Part shown: positions 1 through 11,855 of the stretch, piece after piece
Layout: every line of letters starts with the position of its first letter
Numbering within the stretch: position 1 is the stretch's first letter
Assembly (NCBI GenBank): GCA_036787315.1
Contig: DAIQPR010000001.1
Location: 1 to 38,647 of the forward strand
From: Polynucleobacter sp.
Lineage (GTDB): Bacteria > Pseudomonadota > Gammaproteobacteria > Burkholderiales > Burkholderiaceae
Length of the DNA: 38,647 bases
Direction: 5' to 3'
The notes under the pieces: model-generated
Told to the model about the DNA's origin: nothing
The model's database searches: none
What the model saw: only the letters and a program-made list of their open reading frames with translations
Made by a program: the position numbers and the translations under genes

Positions 1-22
1 CGTAAATAAGCGTAAGAAGTAA
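1..22 (+). CDS. 3' end of an upstream gene converging on rodA (…VNKRKK*), possibly an HU-type DNA-binding protein
   Basis: Codons GTA AAT AAG CGT AAG AAG TAA at 2-22, directly before a bidirectional terminator. Only 6 codons are visible, so the identity is a guess from the basic C-terminus. Confidence 0.3.
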
Positions 23-36
23 TTGCTTATAACATT

Positions 37-68
37 AAAAAAAGCCCAAATTATTTTGGGCTTTTTTT
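37..68. terminator. Bidirectional intrinsic terminator
   Basis: A7 (37-43), GCCCAAA (44-50), TTAT loop, TTTGGGC (55-61), T7 (62-68). Abuts the rodA stop codon. Confidence 0.9.
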
Positions 69-1209
69 ATGTCTGAACAAGTCGTCGACTTCGATTAATA
101 CTCATTAATATACCTACACCAAAACCCAGAGTTGAAAGTGCAGTACCGCCATAACTAATAAATGGTAATGGGACTCCTACCACCGGTAACAGCCCACTTA
201 CCATAGCCATGTTTACAAACGCGTAAGTAAAAAATATTAGAGTAACAGCCCCACCTAAAAGTCTTGAATATAAATTAGGCGCTGAGGCCGCAATTTGCAA
301 GCCCCGTTGAATGAGAAGGAAAAAAAGAAACAATAAAATCAAATTTCCAAACAATCCAAATTCCTCAGAAAAAACTGCAAAAATAAAGTCAGTATGTTTT
401 TCTGGAATAAATTCTAAATGTGTTTGTGTACCTTTCATCCAACCCTTGCCAAAAATCCCACCTGAACCAATTGCAATCATCGACTGCAATGTATGAAAGC
501 CTTTGCCTAGAGGGTCTGAGCTTGGATCTAGAAGAGTACAGACTCGGTGTTGTTGATAGCTTTTTAGAAAAGGCCAAGACACACCTTTAGCGCATAGTGA
601 GTCACCAAAAATTACTACTAATAAAATGCCCAATAAGGCTATTATAAAAAAGGGCAAGATAAATCGCCAAGGAAAGCCTGCAAATAATATTACGTAGAAG
701 CCAGCAGCTAAAACTAGAATAGCTGTTCCAAGATCAGGTTGTCTTGCAATAAGATAAGTAGGTAATATTAACAAGCAAAAAGCAATAAAAAAATCACGCA
801 GTTGGATAAGACCATCTTTCTTTTGAAAATACCAAGCAAGCATCATTGGCATTGCGATTTTCATAATTTCGGATGGTTGGATTACTACGCCTATATTGAG
901 CCACCTTCTCGCGCCTTTTTTAACAAGGCCAAAAACTGCAACCCCTATTAAAAGAGCGACTCCAAAAAGATATACCCATAAAGAAATTTTTTCTAACCAC
1001 TTAATGGGAATGCGAGATGTGATCCACATGATTATTGCCGCACTTAGTATATTTCTAGCTTGCTCAACCCAACTGACAACAGTCCCAGAGCTCGCAGACA
1101 TAAAAGTGATATTTCCAATCACCACAAGAAACAAAAGTATTACACCAAGAGTAGGATCTAACCCTTGCCATAAAAAGTTTAAGCGTTGGGTTATTGAACG
1201 GTTTTCCAT
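67..1209 (-). CDS. rodA: Rod shape-determining SEDS peptidoglycan glycosyltransferase RodA
   Basis: Multi-TM protein with GARRWL, IQPSE, QPDLGTA, PEKHTDFIF and GVPLPFISYGG motifs; follows PBP2. Confidence 0.97.
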   Translation of the reverse strand: MENRSITQRLNFLWQGLDPTLGVILLFLVVIGNITFMSASSGTVVSWVEQARNILSAAIIMWITSRIPIKWLEKISLWVYLFGVALLIGVAVFGLVKKGARRWLNIGVVIQPSEIMKIAMPMMLAWYFQKKDGLIQLRDFFIAFCLLILPTYLIARQPDLGTAILVLAAGFYVILFAGFPWRFILPFFIIALLGILLVVIFGDSLCAKGVSWPFLKSYQQHRVCTLLDPSSDPLGKGFHTLQSMIAIGSGGIFGKGWMKGTQTHLEFIPEKHTDFIFAVFSEEFGLFGNLILLFLFFLLIQRGLQIAASAPNLYSRLLGGAVTLIFFTYAFVNMAMVSGLLPVVGVPLPFISYGGTALSTLGFGVGILMSINRSRRLVQT

Positions 1210-3107
1210 GGAGGAACTCCCTCTGGCCAGGTGTTAAGCATTAAGTAGTCAAGAGCTTGTCTTGCTATTGGGGCTGCAGCTGTAGCACCAAATCCTGCAT
1301 TTTCTACAACTAAAGCTAAAGCATACTTTGGTTTGTCTGCAGGTGCAAAAGCTATATAGAGAGCATGGTCCCTTTTGAATTCTGAAATTGCACTAGCTTT
1401 GTAATCCTTTCCACCCAAACTGAATACTTGTGCAGTTCCTGTTTTACCTGCCACAGGATATTTAACACCAGCGAATGGCACCTTACCTGTACCAGTTGTA
1501 TTTACACCAACCATACCCTCAGTAATAACTTTTAGATTTTCTGGTTTGAAGTTAAGACGAGTTGTCTCTGATGGGACTGTAGGTGTTTTTTGATGTGTAA
1601 TTGGATCTTCAATTAACTTTACTAAATGAGGGCGCATAACAACTCCACCATTCGCTAAGATTGCAGTAGCTTGTGCTAATTGTAAGATTGAGTAACTGTT
1701 ATAGCCTTGTCCAATGCCAATAGAAATTGTGTCTCCCTCTCCCCACTTTTGTTTTAGAGGGTCGGAGTAATAAGCTTTTTTCCACTTTTTAGATGGAAGT
1801 ATTCCTTTTACTTCACCATTGATATCTATGCCTGTTTGTTGACCGAAGCCAAGCTCTTTCATAAAAGAGCTTATTGCGTTAATACCCATATCATGTGCAA
1901 GAATGTAGTAATAGGTGTCACATGAAACAGCAATCGATTGGCGCATGCTTACAAATCCATGACCATTTTCAGCATCGTCCCTAAAAACGGTATTTCCAAA
2001 TTTAAAATAACCTGGATCATAAATACCTTGATCTGCAGTTCTAAACTTACCTTCTAGAGCTGCAAGAGCCATAAATGGTTTAAAGGTTGATCCAGGAGGG
2101 TATGTTCCTCTAAGGGGCCTATTAAATAGTGGTTTTTCAAGGGACTCATTGAGCTTTTTCCACAAATCAGCATCGATACCATCTATAAAAGAATTCGGAT
2201 TAAAAGTTGGCATTGAAACAAAAGCTAATACATCTCCTGTACTTACTTCGATAACAACTGCAGCGCCTCTTCTTTTCCCATAAAGCTGTTCAATTAAGTA
2301 CTGCAATTTAATATCAACAGCTAAGGAAAGATTAGATCCTGCTACTGCAGCGGTTGATGAGAGGTTTCTCACAACTCTTCCACCAGCAGTAATTTCTACT
2401 TGGTTATAGCCTACGGTTCCCCTTAGTTCTTTTTCATAGCTTTGTTCTAAACCTATCTTTCCTACTTGTTGAATACCTTTGATTTTGATTGGTTTCAACT
2501 CATCACTTGTAGAGTCATCTTGCGACTCTTCAAGTTCAGCTAAAAGCTTTTCCCGATCTTTTTGTGAAATTCGCCCTGTATAACCTAATAGATGAGAACC
2601 TAATTGTTGATAAGGGTATTCACGAAAATACCTGACCTGTACTTCTACACCTGGGTATGCATATTTTCTAGAGAAAAATCTAGCAACTTCCTCATCGCTT
2701 AAAAAATTTCTAATTGGAATACTTTCTGTTTTTTTTGCTCCTTGAAGAGCGCGGAAAAAATTAGTTTTATCTTTTTGCGAAATTTTAAGTACCGAGTTTA
2801 AAGAATCAACCAAGTCTTCTATCGGTTCGTTAACACCAGCAGGAGTAATTTCAAGAGAATAAGACGGAAAATTTCTTGCAATAACAATGCCGTTTCTATC
2901 AATGATTAGCCCTCTTTGAGAGGGGGTAGTAATAATTGCTATACGATTACTCTCAGATGCTGTGGAATACTTTGTATGTTTAATAACTTGAAGCCAAAAA
3001 AAACGAAAAAACAATAATAATAGGCAAGCCATTACAAACCAAAGACCAACTTTAATTCGTTCTTGAAAAGTTTCCAAAGAGGAGAAGGGTTCCTGATTAC
3101 GAACCAT
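1191..3107 (-). CDS. mrdA: Penicillin-binding protein 2
   Basis: N-terminal TM, RGLIIDRNG, catalytic STFK (SxxK), SCD (SxD) and KTG motifs; between mreD and rodA. Confidence 0.97.
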   Translation of the reverse strand: MVRNQEPFSSLETFQERIKVGLWFVMACLLLLFFRFFWLQVIKHTKYSTASESNRIAIITTPSQRGLIIDRNGIVIARNFPSYSLEITPAGVNEPIEDLVDSLNSVLKISQKDKTNFFRALQGAKKTESIPIRNFLSDEEVARFFSRKYAYPGVEVQVRYFREYPYQQLGSHLLGYTGRISQKDREKLLAELEESQDDSTSDELKPIKIKGIQQVGKIGLEQSYEKELRGTVGYNQVEITAGGRVVRNLSSTAAVAGSNLSLAVDIKLQYLIEQLYGKRRGAAVVIEVSTGDVLAFVSMPTFNPNSFIDGIDADLWKKLNESLEKPLFNRPLRGTYPPGSTFKPFMALAALEGKFRTADQGIYDPGYFKFGNTVFRDDAENGHGFVSMRQSIAVSCDTYYYILAHDMGINAISSFMKELGFGQQTGIDINGEVKGILPSKKWKKAYYSDPLKQKWGEGDTISIGIGQGYNSYSILQLAQATAILANGGVVMRPHLVKLIEDPITHQKTPTVPSETTRLNFKPENLKVITEGMVGVNTTGTGKVPFAGVKYPVAGKTGTAQVFSLGGKDYKASAISEFKRDHALYIAFAPADKPKYALALVVENAGFGATAAAPIARQALDYLMLNTWPEGVPPWKTVQ

Positions 3108-3119
3108 TTATTTACCTAG

Positions 3120-3620
3120 TCAACTTTGATGATGGTGTAAAAAAGGGATACGACTAGAAAAGTACTTCTTAAATACAATCCACAAAACTGTGTCAATTAA
3201 GCTTGGAATGAGTAAATAAGCAATTGAAAATTTTGTATCAACGCCCATGATGTAAAGCAACAAAAATAAAACAAATTGGGACATGATGAATATCAACAAC
3301 ATCATAAGTGATTGGCCAAGTTGGGTAGCGTTTAGCAATTTTCTTTGATAGTAAATAATTACAAAACATACTGAAACATAGATGATTGCATGAATACCTA
3401 AAAAATGAGAGGTTTGAATATCCATTAACAAGCCTAATAAAAATGCAGATAAAAAATTTACCTTATCAGGATTATGGAGAACCCAAAAAGAGAGCATGAC
3501 TAATAAAAAATCAGGTATCCAAAAAGAGTTACCCCATGGAAAGGCATTGAGAATAAATCCAACAATTAAATAAAAAAATGGACTTAACAAAGAGCGAAGC
3601 TTATTAGAAGAAAAGTCCAC
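3120..3620 (-). CDS. mreD: Rod shape-determining protein MreD
   Basis: Hydrophobic 166 aa with PDFLLV…FW and GLLMD…LGIHA; GTG start overlaps the mreC stop. Confidence 0.9.
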   Translation of the reverse strand: MDFSSNKLRSLLSPFFYLIVGFILNAFPWGNSFWIPDFLLVMLSFWVLHNPDKVNFLSAFLLGLLMDIQTSHFLGIHAIIYVSVCFVIIYYQRKLLNATQLGQSLMMLLIFIMSQFVLFLLLYIMGVDTKFSIAYLLIPSLIDTVLWIVFKKYFSSRIPFLHHHQS

Positions 3621-4519
3621 TAATTCCCCCTTTTTATTCGTGACTTGTTCCTAGAGGTTTCAACTTCACTAGGTTGCGGAGTAGTCAAGTTTGGCTCATA
3701 CAATAATATATTTAAATATTGATACTGATCGATTTTTGCTAAAGGCTTACAAGAAATAGTTGCCCCAGAGCTTTCCGAAGAGCGATCAATTTTAGAAATC
3801 ATTGCAACTGGAATACCTGCGGGATATGTACCGTCGATACCAGATGTAATCAAATAATCCCCCACGTCTAAATCGGCTAAATTTGTTACAAATCGTAACT
3901 CGAGGGGTTCAGCTCTTCCAATGCCAAATAAGACAGTACGTAGTCCATTTCTTTCGACAAGAACTGGTATTGCAAAATCTTTGTCCTGTAAAAGAGCAAC
4001 TTCAGAAGAGTTTTCAAAAACTCTTACAACTTGTCCCATTAAACCATCTACCGTTGAAACGGGCATACCTAATTTAACGCCATCAGCACTTCCTCGATTA
4101 ACGATAACTTTTTGTGAGGCAGGATTTGATGGGTTGAAAATAATTTCTGCGGCTAAAGATTTATAAGATGATTTATGTTGTAACTGAAGAAGTTTTTTTA
4201 AATGAGTGTTCTCTGACTCTAAAGCTTCAACTTGATTTGCCATCAATCTTAAGTTTTCGATTTCTTTAGACTGACTTTCACTTTTTGTTCGGACGGAAGA
4301 AAGTGTTTGAAAATACTCTAATGATTCATGAGCTAATTTTCCAGGCTTAGCCAGAACTTTTTGTATGGGTAATAAAAAGTTATTTCCAACTAATCTAATC
4401 TTTTCTGTGGCGTGAAGTTTAAAGTCAGCAAAAAGTATTACTGACCCCAGTAAAAGAAAGAAAAATAGCTTTAAAAAAGGTGTACCTTGATTAAATAATG
4501 CAGGTGAGCTTCGAAGCAA
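3620..4519 (-). CDS. mreC: Rod shape-determining protein MreC
   Basis: TM plus coiled coil, NRGSADGV, GLMGQV and TSGIDGTYPAGIPVA; TTG start with a GAGGTG SD. Confidence 0.95.
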   Translation of the reverse strand: MLRSSPALFNQGTPFLKLFFFLLLGSVILFADFKLHATEKIRLVGNNFLLPIQKVLAKPGKLAHESLEYFQTLSSVRTKSESQSKEIENLRLMANQVEALESENTHLKKLLQLQHKSSYKSLAAEIIFNPSNPASQKVIVNRGSADGVKLGMPVSTVDGLMGQVVRVFENSSEVALLQDKDFAIPVLVERNGLRTVLFGIGRAEPLELRFVTNLADLDVGDYLITSGIDGTYPAGIPVAMISKIDRSSESSGATISCKPLAKIDQYQYLNILLYEPNLTTPQPSEVETSRNKSRIKRGN

Positions 4520-4542
4520 TGTTCACCTCAGTGAATGGTTAA

Positions 4543-5601
<1,059 letters not shown>

Positions 5602-5662
5602 TTAAAATTTACAATATAAACTAGTTTTTAGAAGATAATACATATGATACTGCAACCATGTT

Positions 5663-5956
5663 ATGAATACTGAAGAAATTAAACACTTAGCCAAACTATC
5701 TTGCTTGGAAATAAGTACAGAACAAACAAATCAGATTTCTAAGGAATTAGAAAACATACTGAGTTTGGTAGCAGAGCTACAGTCTGTCGATACTAAAGGT
5801 GTAGAGCCCTTGTTTCATCCTATTTCGATGATACAAGCTTTAAACCAACCTTTAAGGCAAGATATTGTTTCTGAAACAGATAACCGATCCAACAACATGC
5901 TTTCAGCCCCAATTAGTCATGAGGGCCTTTATTTAGTTCCTAAGGTGATTGAATGA
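5663..5956 (+). CDS. gatC: Asp/Glu-tRNA amidotransferase subunit C
   Basis: 97 aa, HLAKLS…VDTKGVEPL…[14 protein letters not shown] overlap with gatA. Confidence 0.95.
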   Translation: MNTEEIKHLAKLSCLEISTEQTNQISKELENILSLVAELQSVDTKGVEPLFHPISMIQALNQPLRQDIVSETDNRSNNMLSAPISHEGLYLVPKVIE

Positions 5957-7458
5957 AGTGGCATGAAAAGTCTTTAACTGAATTAGCAAAGGCACTTCAA
6001 ACTAAAGAAGTGTCAAGTACTGAGCTAACCCATTATTTCTTGAAGCGTATTGCTGAAATGAAAGGCTTAAATGCCTTTTTAGATGTTCAGGAGGATTTGT
6101 CACTTCAAGAGGCAAAACATGCTGATGAGCTAATTTCATCAGGAAAAGCAGGGTTTTTAACTGGAATTCCAATTGCCCACAAAGATGTTTTTGTAACAAA
6201 ATCTTGGAAATCCACAGCAGCTTCTAAAATGTTGGAAAACTACATTAGCCCATTTGATGCAAGGGTCGTAGAGTTGTTAGGTCAAAATGGCGCAGGAATG
6301 GTTTGTTTGGGTAAAACCAATATGGATGAGTTTGCGATGGGCTCTTCTAATGAAAATTCTGCTTTTGGGCCAGCTCTAAACCCCTGGAATAGTGCTTTTG
6401 TTTCAGGAGGCTCTTCTGGTGGATCTGCTGTGGCTGTAGCAGCAGGATTAACCCCTATTGCAACAGGTACAGATACTGGCGGTTCTATTCGTCAACCGGC
6501 AAGCTTTTGTGGAATTACAGGTATAAAGCCAACTTATGGAACTATTTCCAGATATGGAATGATTGCTTATGCGTCATCCCTTGATCAGGCAGGCCCTATG
6601 GGAAAATCAGCCGAAGATTGTGCCTTATTACTCAATTTATTAAGTGGCCAAGATCCCAGAGATTCAACTTCCTTAAAAGCCCAAGAAATTGATTTCACCA
6701 GCTTGCTTGGTAAGACTTGGGTTGAAAATGCTGATTTACCGCTCAAGGGATTGAAAATTGGAATTCCCGAAGAGTATTTTGCACAGGGATTAGATGCTAA
6801 GGTTCGAGAAACAGTTCAAAATGCTTTAAAGAAGTTTGAGGAATTGGGCGCTACTTGTATTTCAGTTTCATTGCCAAAAACTAAGCTTTCAATACCTGTT
6901 TATTATGTTTTGGCTCCAGCTGAGGCTTCCAGCAATTTAAGTCGCTACGATGGAGTTCGTTACGGTTATCGGGCGAAAGAGTACAAAGATTTAAATCAAA
7001 TGTATGAGAGAACAAGATCCGAAGGTTTTGGTTCTGAAGTTAAAAGAAGGATTCTTATCGGAAGCTATGTACTATCTCAAGGTTATTACGACGCCTATTA
7101 CTTGCAAGCTCTGAAAATAAGAAGAATTATTGCCCAAGATTTTCAAAAGTCTTTTGAAACATGTGATGTATTGATGGGGCCCGTAGCGCCAAAGGTTGCA
7201 TGGAAAATTGGAGAGAAATCCAAAGATCCAGTGGAAATGTACCTCGAAGATATTTATACACTTAGCCCAAATTTGGCAGGATTACCAGCAATGAGTATTC
7301 CTTGTGGGCAAAGCCAAGATGGTTTACCTATCGGTCTACAAATTATTGGAAATTATTTTTCGGAAGCAAAGATGTTACAAATTGCCGATCATTTTCAAAA
7401 AAATACTAATTGGCATCTTCAAACGCCTAACCTTCAATCTGTGGAAGGAGCACTTTGA
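5953..7458 (+). CDS. gatA: Asp/Glu-tRNA amidotransferase subunit A
   Basis: Amidase signature [21 protein letters not shown] and [12 protein letters not shown]. Confidence 0.98.
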   Translation: MKWHEKSLTELAKALQTKEVSSTELTHYFLKRIAEMKGLNAFLDVQEDLSLQEAKHADELISSGKAGFLTGIPIAHKDVFVTKSWKSTAASKMLENYISPFDARVVELLGQNGAGMVCLGKTNMDEFAMGSSNENSAFGPALNPWNSAFVSGGSSGGSAVAVAAGLTPIATGTDTGGSIRQPASFCGITGIKPTYGTISRYGMIAYASSLDQAGPMGKSAEDCALLLNLLSGQDPRDSTSLKAQEIDFTSLLGKTWVENADLPLKGLKIGIPEEYFAQGLDAKVRETVQNALKKFEELGATCISVSLPKTKLSIPVYYVLAPAEASSNLSRYDGVRYGYRAKEYKDLNQMYERTRSEGFGSEVKRRILIGSYVLSQGYYDAYYLQALKIRRIIAQDFQKSFETCDVLMGPVAPKVAWKIGEKSKDPVEMYLEDIYTLSPNLAGLPAMSIPCGQSQDGLPIGLQIIGNYFSEAKMLQIADHFQKNTNWHLQTPNLQSVEGAL

Positions 7459-8942
7459 TGTCAAGTACAAATTGGGAAGTAGTTATTGGGCTTGAAACCC
7501 ATACTCAATTGATGACTAAATCAAAAATATTTAGTGGCGCAAGTATTGCGTTTGGAGCTAATCCAAACGCTCAAGCTTGCCCAGTAGATTTGGCTTTACC
7601 AGGCACATTGCCTGTCTTAAATAAAGAAGCTGTGAATCATGCAATCCGTTTTGGATTAGCTATTGGAGCAAAAGTTGCTCCTAAGAGCATTTTTGCTAGA
7701 AAAAATTATTTTTATCCTGACCTACCAAAGGGATATCAAATCAGTCAATTTGAATTACCGGTTGTAGTTGGTGGAACTATCAAGATTCAGGTTGATGGAG
7801 AAACAAAAGAAATCCAGCTGACAAGAGCTCATTTAGAGGAAGACGCGGGTAAGTCTTTACACGATGATTTTTATGGATTGTATGGAGAAAAATCTAGCGG
7901 AATTGATTTAAACCGAGCTGGCACACCATTATTGGAGATTGTTACCGAGCCCGTTATGCGAAGTGCAGCCGAGGCAGTTGCATATGCAAAAGAACTACAC
8001 GCTTTGGTCATGTGGATTGGTATTTGTGACGGAAATATGCAAGAGGGCTCTTTTAGATGTGATGCTAACGTATCTGTTAGACCGATGGGGCAAGAGAAAT
8101 TTGGAACGCGTTGTGAAATTAAAAACCTCAACTCTTTTAAATTCTTGGAAGAAGCTATCTTGTATGAAGTTCGAAGACAGATAGAGTTAATTGAAGATGG
8201 TGGAACAGTAAGACAAGAAACTCGACTTTACGATCCAGATTTACAAGAAACAAGAAGTATGAGAAGTAAAGAAGATGCCCAAGACTACAGGTATTTTCCA
8301 GACCCAGATTTGTTACCACTAGAAGTTACTCAAGAAATGATTGATCAAATTCAATCAACCATGCCCCCTTTGCCAAGTACTTTAAGAGATACGTGGAAAT
8401 CACAGTATGGCTTAAGTGATTACGATGCTGCGTTACTGACTCAAACTAGATCAACAGCAGATTTTTTTATTGAGTTATTGGGTCTTATTGGAATAGATTT
8501 AGTAAAGCCAGCAGCCAATATCATTGCTGGAGAAATGGCCTCAGCACTCAATAGGGAGGGCATCGATGTATCTGCATCTCCAATACGTCCTGTTCATATT
8601 GCACAAATGTTATTGAGAATTCAGGATGGAACTATCTCCAACAAGATTGCAAAAGATATTTTTTCTACGCTATGGGAGCGCGGGTTAAATTCTCCATTAC
8701 CTGATAATGGTGTCGTAGATGCTTTGATTGAGGAAAAAGGGCTAAAGCAAATTAGTGATGCTGGCGCCATTGAAAAATTAATTGATCAGGTACTAGCAGA
8801 AAATCAAAAATCTGTAGAAGAATACAGAAGTGGTAAGGAAAAGGCTTTTAATTCTTTGATTGGTCAGATCATGAAAGTCAGTAAAGGTAAAGCTAATCCT
8901 GCTCAAGTAAATCAAATCTTAAAAGATAAATTAAATAGTTAA
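7458..8942 (+). CDS. gatB: Asp/Glu-tRNA amidotransferase subunit B
   Basis: [27 protein letters not shown] and [13 protein letters not shown] at 7458 (TGATG overlap with gatA, GGAG SD) preferred over TTG at 7455. Confidence 0.98.
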   Translation: MSSTNWEVVIGLETHTQLMTKSKIFSGASIAFGANPNAQACPVDLALPGTLPVLNKEAVNHAIRFGLAIGAKVAPKSIFARKNYFYPDLPKGYQISQFELPVVVGGTIKIQVDGETKEIQLTRAHLEEDAGKSLHDDFYGLYGEKSSGIDLNRAGTPLLEIVTEPVMRSAAEAVAYAKELHALVMWIGICDGNMQEGSFRCDANVSVRPMGQEKFGTRCEIKNLNSFKFLEEAILYEVRRQIELIEDGGTVRQETRLYDPDLQETRSMRSKEDAQDYRYFPDPDLLPLEVTQEMIDQIQSTMPPLPSTLRDTWKSQYGLSDYDAALLTQTRSTADFFIELLGLIGIDLVKPAANIIAGEMASALNREGIDVSASPIRPVHIAQMLLRIQDGTISNKIAKDIFSTLWERGLNSPLPDNGVVDALIEEKGLKQISDAGAIEKLIDQVLAENQKSVEEYRSGKEKAFNSLIGQIMKVSKGKANPAQVNQILKDKLNS

Positions 8943-8972
8943 ATGCACTTATAACTTTGAAATAAGGCAAAT

Positions 8973-9614
8973 ATGAATCCTGAATTAAATCAATCACAAG
9001 AAGAGCAAGAGAGTTTAGTTGCTCAATGGTTAATATCAACCCCTGGATTTTTTGATAGACACCCTGAGTTGTTAACTCAAATTGAACTCGCAAACTCTCA
9101 TAGCGGCAAGGCGGTTTCTCTACAAGAAAAACAAATGGCTTTGTTAAGAAATCAAAATCGTGATTTGAATCAGCGATTATCAGAAATGTTGCGATTCGGG
9201 ACCGAAAATGATCGTACGCAAAGTTTGATGATTAAATGGCTGGAAGGTTTGTTGGTCGCAGAAAATTTAACTGAGACAACTGAGAGTGTTACAAGTGGTT
9301 TGAATCAATTGTTTGAAATAGGCAAAGTAGATATCATTCCTCAGGCAAAGGTGTCAGATCAATTAAGCTCAAAATTAGAAACTGCTCCTATTTGTGGAAA
9401 GCTTGAAGTTGCGAGTGAATTAGTTGATAAAGAATATTTGCCAGACTCTGGTAGTCTTGTTTTGATTCAGCTAAGTCAGAAAGAAATTAATTTAGGTGTA
9501 CTGTTAATGTCTAGCCCGGATGAAAATAAATTTTCCTCTGCAATGGGTTTAGTGTATGTTCATCAATTAGCGCAACTCGCATCAGCCGCGTTATATCGAT
9601 TTAGAAATGAATAA
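8973..9614 (+). CDS. DUF484 (YigA-like) protein
   Basis: WL…PGFFDRHPELL, AVSLQEKQ coiled coil and a GAF-like C-terminus (KFSSAMG); directly upstream of xerC as in the dapF-yigA-xerC operon. Confidence 0.88.
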   Translation: MNPELNQSQEEQESLVAQWLISTPGFFDRHPELLTQIELANSHSGKAVSLQEKQMALLRNQNRDLNQRLSEMLRFGTENDRTQSLMIKWLEGLLVAENLTETTESVTSGLNQLFEIGKVDIIPQAKVSDQLSSKLETAPICGKLEVASELVDKEYLPDSGSLVLIQLSQKEINLGVLLMSSPDENKFSSAMGLVYVHQLAQLASAALYRFRNE

Positions 9615-10611
9615 ACTGGCCACAACCCCAAGGCCAAGCCTCGCGGTTGAGCAATTTATTGAAGAGTTAAGGGTAGTAAGGCAGCTCTCGCCACATACAC
9701 TAAAAGCATATCGTCAAGATCTCCAAATTCTTTGTTCAAATTTGGAAAGTCATCTCATCGAATTTCATGAAGTAAAAACGCTACATACTAGATCTTGGGT
9801 TTCTAAACTTCATAGTGAAGGATTGTCTCCTCGAAGTATTTCAAGATTGCTTTCCGCTTGGCGGACCTTTTTTGATTGGTTATTAATAAATAACTCCCAT
9901 TTCTCAGAAAAAAATATAAAGGTAAACCCCGTTCATGATTTGCGAGCCCCTAGAAAAGCTAAAAGCCTACCAAAAGCTTTAAGCGTGGAGTTTGCGATCG
10001 CGCTAATGGAAAAAGCACAAGAAGAATCAAAACAACATTCTGATGAAGATCAATTTTGGGTTTATCAAAGAGATCAAGCTTTATTTGAGTTGTTTTATTC
10101 TTCCGGTTTGCGCTTATCCGAAATTTTGAGTATTGATAGTTCTATTCAAAAAGGATATGCGAATGAATCAGTGAGTTGGATTTCTTGGGATACTCAAGAA
10201 GTTCATGTCCTAGGAAAGGGCGGTAAAAGGCGAATTGTTCCTATTGGAACTGCAGCTTTTAATGCATTATTAAAATGGTTTGATACGTGGTCTGGCATGC
10301 TTCGTCAAAAAGAACTGGTCAATGCACCTTTATTTATAAACGACAAGTTAAAGAGATTATCGCCACGAACCGTTCAAGAAAGAATCAAAAATTTAGCAAT
10401 TAGGACCGGACTTCCAATGCATGTTCATCCTCATATGCTGCGACACAGTTTTGCAAGCCATGTTTTACAATCATCTCATGACCTTCGTGCTGTTCAAGAA
10501 ATGTTAGGACATGCGAGCATTGGTAGTACACAAATTTATACAGCCCTAGATTTTCAGCACTTAGCACAAGCCTACGATTTAGCGCACCCTAGAGCAAAGG
10601 CAGATAAATAA
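9607..10611 (+). CDS. xerC: Tyrosine recombinase XerC
   Basis: SPHTLKAY N-terminal domain; catalytic set SGLRLSE, GKGGK, HMLRHSFASH and LGHASIGSTQIY intact; follows DUF484. Confidence 0.93.
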   Translation: MNKLATTPRPSLAVEQFIEELRVVRQLSPHTLKAYRQDLQILCSNLESHLIEFHEVKTLHTRSWVSKLHSEGLSPRSISRLLSAWRTFFDWLLINNSHFSEKNIKVNPVHDLRAPRKAKSLPKALSVEFAIALMEKAQEESKQHSDEDQFWVYQRDQALFELFYSSGLRLSEILSIDSSIQKGYANESVSWISWDTQEVHVLGKGGKRRIVPIGTAAFNALLKWFDTWSGMLRQKELVNAPLFINDKLKRLSPRTVQERIKNLAIRTGLPMHVHPHMLRHSFASHVLQSSHDLRAVQEMLGHASIGSTQIYTALDFQHLAQAYDLAHPRAKADK

Positions 10612-10613
10612 TC

Positions 10614-11819
10614 ATGCAAGCGAGTATTTTTTTAGAGAGTGGTAAAGACCATTCGGTATTGAACCAACATCCTTGGATTTTCAGTGGTTCCATTGCTCGA
10701 TATGAAGGAAAGGTTGGCTTAGGCACAACCGTTAAAGTATTTAACGATGCTAAAAAACTCATCGGAAGAGCCGCTTATAGCCCTCATTCTCAAATAAGAG
10801 CAAGGATGTGGTCTTGGGATCCTGATGAGCCTATAGATCATGCTTTTTTTAAAAGAAAAATTGCAGGGGCCCTTGAACATCGCCAAAAATGGGTAACAGA
10901 CACTAATGCGATTCGCTTAGTTTTTGGGGAAGCTGATGGCATACCAGGGTTGGTCGTAGACCAATACGATGACGTTCTTGTTTGCCAGTTCTTAAGTGCT
11001 GGTGTAGATCATTGGAAAGATGTGATTGTTGAAGTTCTTGCGCAACAAACAAACTGTAAGACAATTTATGAACGATCTGATGCGGCAGTTCGACAAAGAG
11101 AGGGTCTTGAACCTAAAACTGGTACTTTATTCGGAAATCCACCCTCATCAGAAATCTTGATTCATGAGAATGGAATTTCATACTTAGTTGACCCATACCA
11201 GGGACATAAAACAGGTTTTTATATAGATCAAAGAGAAAATCGCAAATTAGTTCAAGACTTGTCCAAAGATAGAAAAGTTCTGAATATGTTTTGTTATACG
11301 GGTGGTTTTTCTTTATCTGCTTTAAAAGGGGATGCTAGCCAGGTTATATCTGTAGACTCTTCTGGAGAGGCATTAGAGATTGCAAAAAAACAGACTATAT
11401 TGAATCAATTTGACACTAATAAAGCAGTTTGGTTAGATGAGGATGCTTTTGAAACCCTAAAAAAATTACGCGTTTCAGAAGAGACTTTTGATTTAATTGT
11501 GCTAGACCCCCCTAAATTTGCTCCTTCAGCAGCACATTTAGCAAAAGCTATTCGCGCTTACAAAGAAATAAATCGTACGGCTATGCAAATGCTGTCAAAA
11601 AGTGGGTTAATACTCACTTTCTCTTGTTCTGGTGCAATGGATATGGACACTTTTGAAAAAACTGTTTTCTTAGCTAGCAAAGAAGCTGCCAGCCACCAAA
11701 AGTCTGGCGAATTAAAATTTCGGGTACTAAAGCGCTTGACTTCAGGGCTAGACCATCCTAAATTAACATGTTTCCCAGAAGGTGATTATCTTAAGGGTTT
11801 ATTATTGGAACGCATTTAA
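10614..11819 (+). CDS. rlmI: Class I SAM-dependent 23S rRNA methyltransferase, RlmI (m5C1962) family
   Basis: PUA-like HPWIFSG N-terminus, EADGIPGLVVD, GHKTGFYIDQRENR, LDPPKF, FSCS and FPEGDYLK. Confidence 0.85.
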   Translation: MQASIFLESGKDHSVLNQHPWIFSGSIARYEGKVGLGTTVKVFNDAKKLIGRAAYSPHSQIRARMWSWDPDEPIDHAFFKRKIAGALEHRQKWVTDTNAIRLVFGEADGIPGLVVDQYDDVLVCQFLSAGVDHWKDVIVEVLAQQTNCKTIYERSDAAVRQREGLEPKTGTLFGNPPSSEILIHENGISYLVDPYQGHKTGFYIDQRENRKLVQDLSKDRKVLNMFCYTGGFSLSALKGDASQVISVDSSGEALEIAKKQTILNQFDTNKAVWLDEDAFETLKKLRVSEETFDLIVLDPPKFAPSAAHLAKAIRAYKEINRTAMQMLSKSGLILTFSCSGAMDMDTFEKTVFLASKEAASHQKSGELKFRVLKRLTSGLDHPKLTCFPEGDYLKGLLLERI

Positions 11820-11855
11820 GCGGTTGTTAGTTTGAAAAGAATGAATTAGGAAAAA

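Noticed and set aside
8943..8972. Possible Xer recombination site at the left inversion junction (TGCACTTATAA…ATAAGGCAAAT)
   Set aside because: Weak match with the wrong spacer length, and no partner site is visible at the other junction.
9607..10611. Tyrosine recombinase as a phage or island integrase
   Set aside because: Its motifs and the DUF484 neighbour identify housekeeping XerC; there are no att repeats, tRNA or cargo genes.
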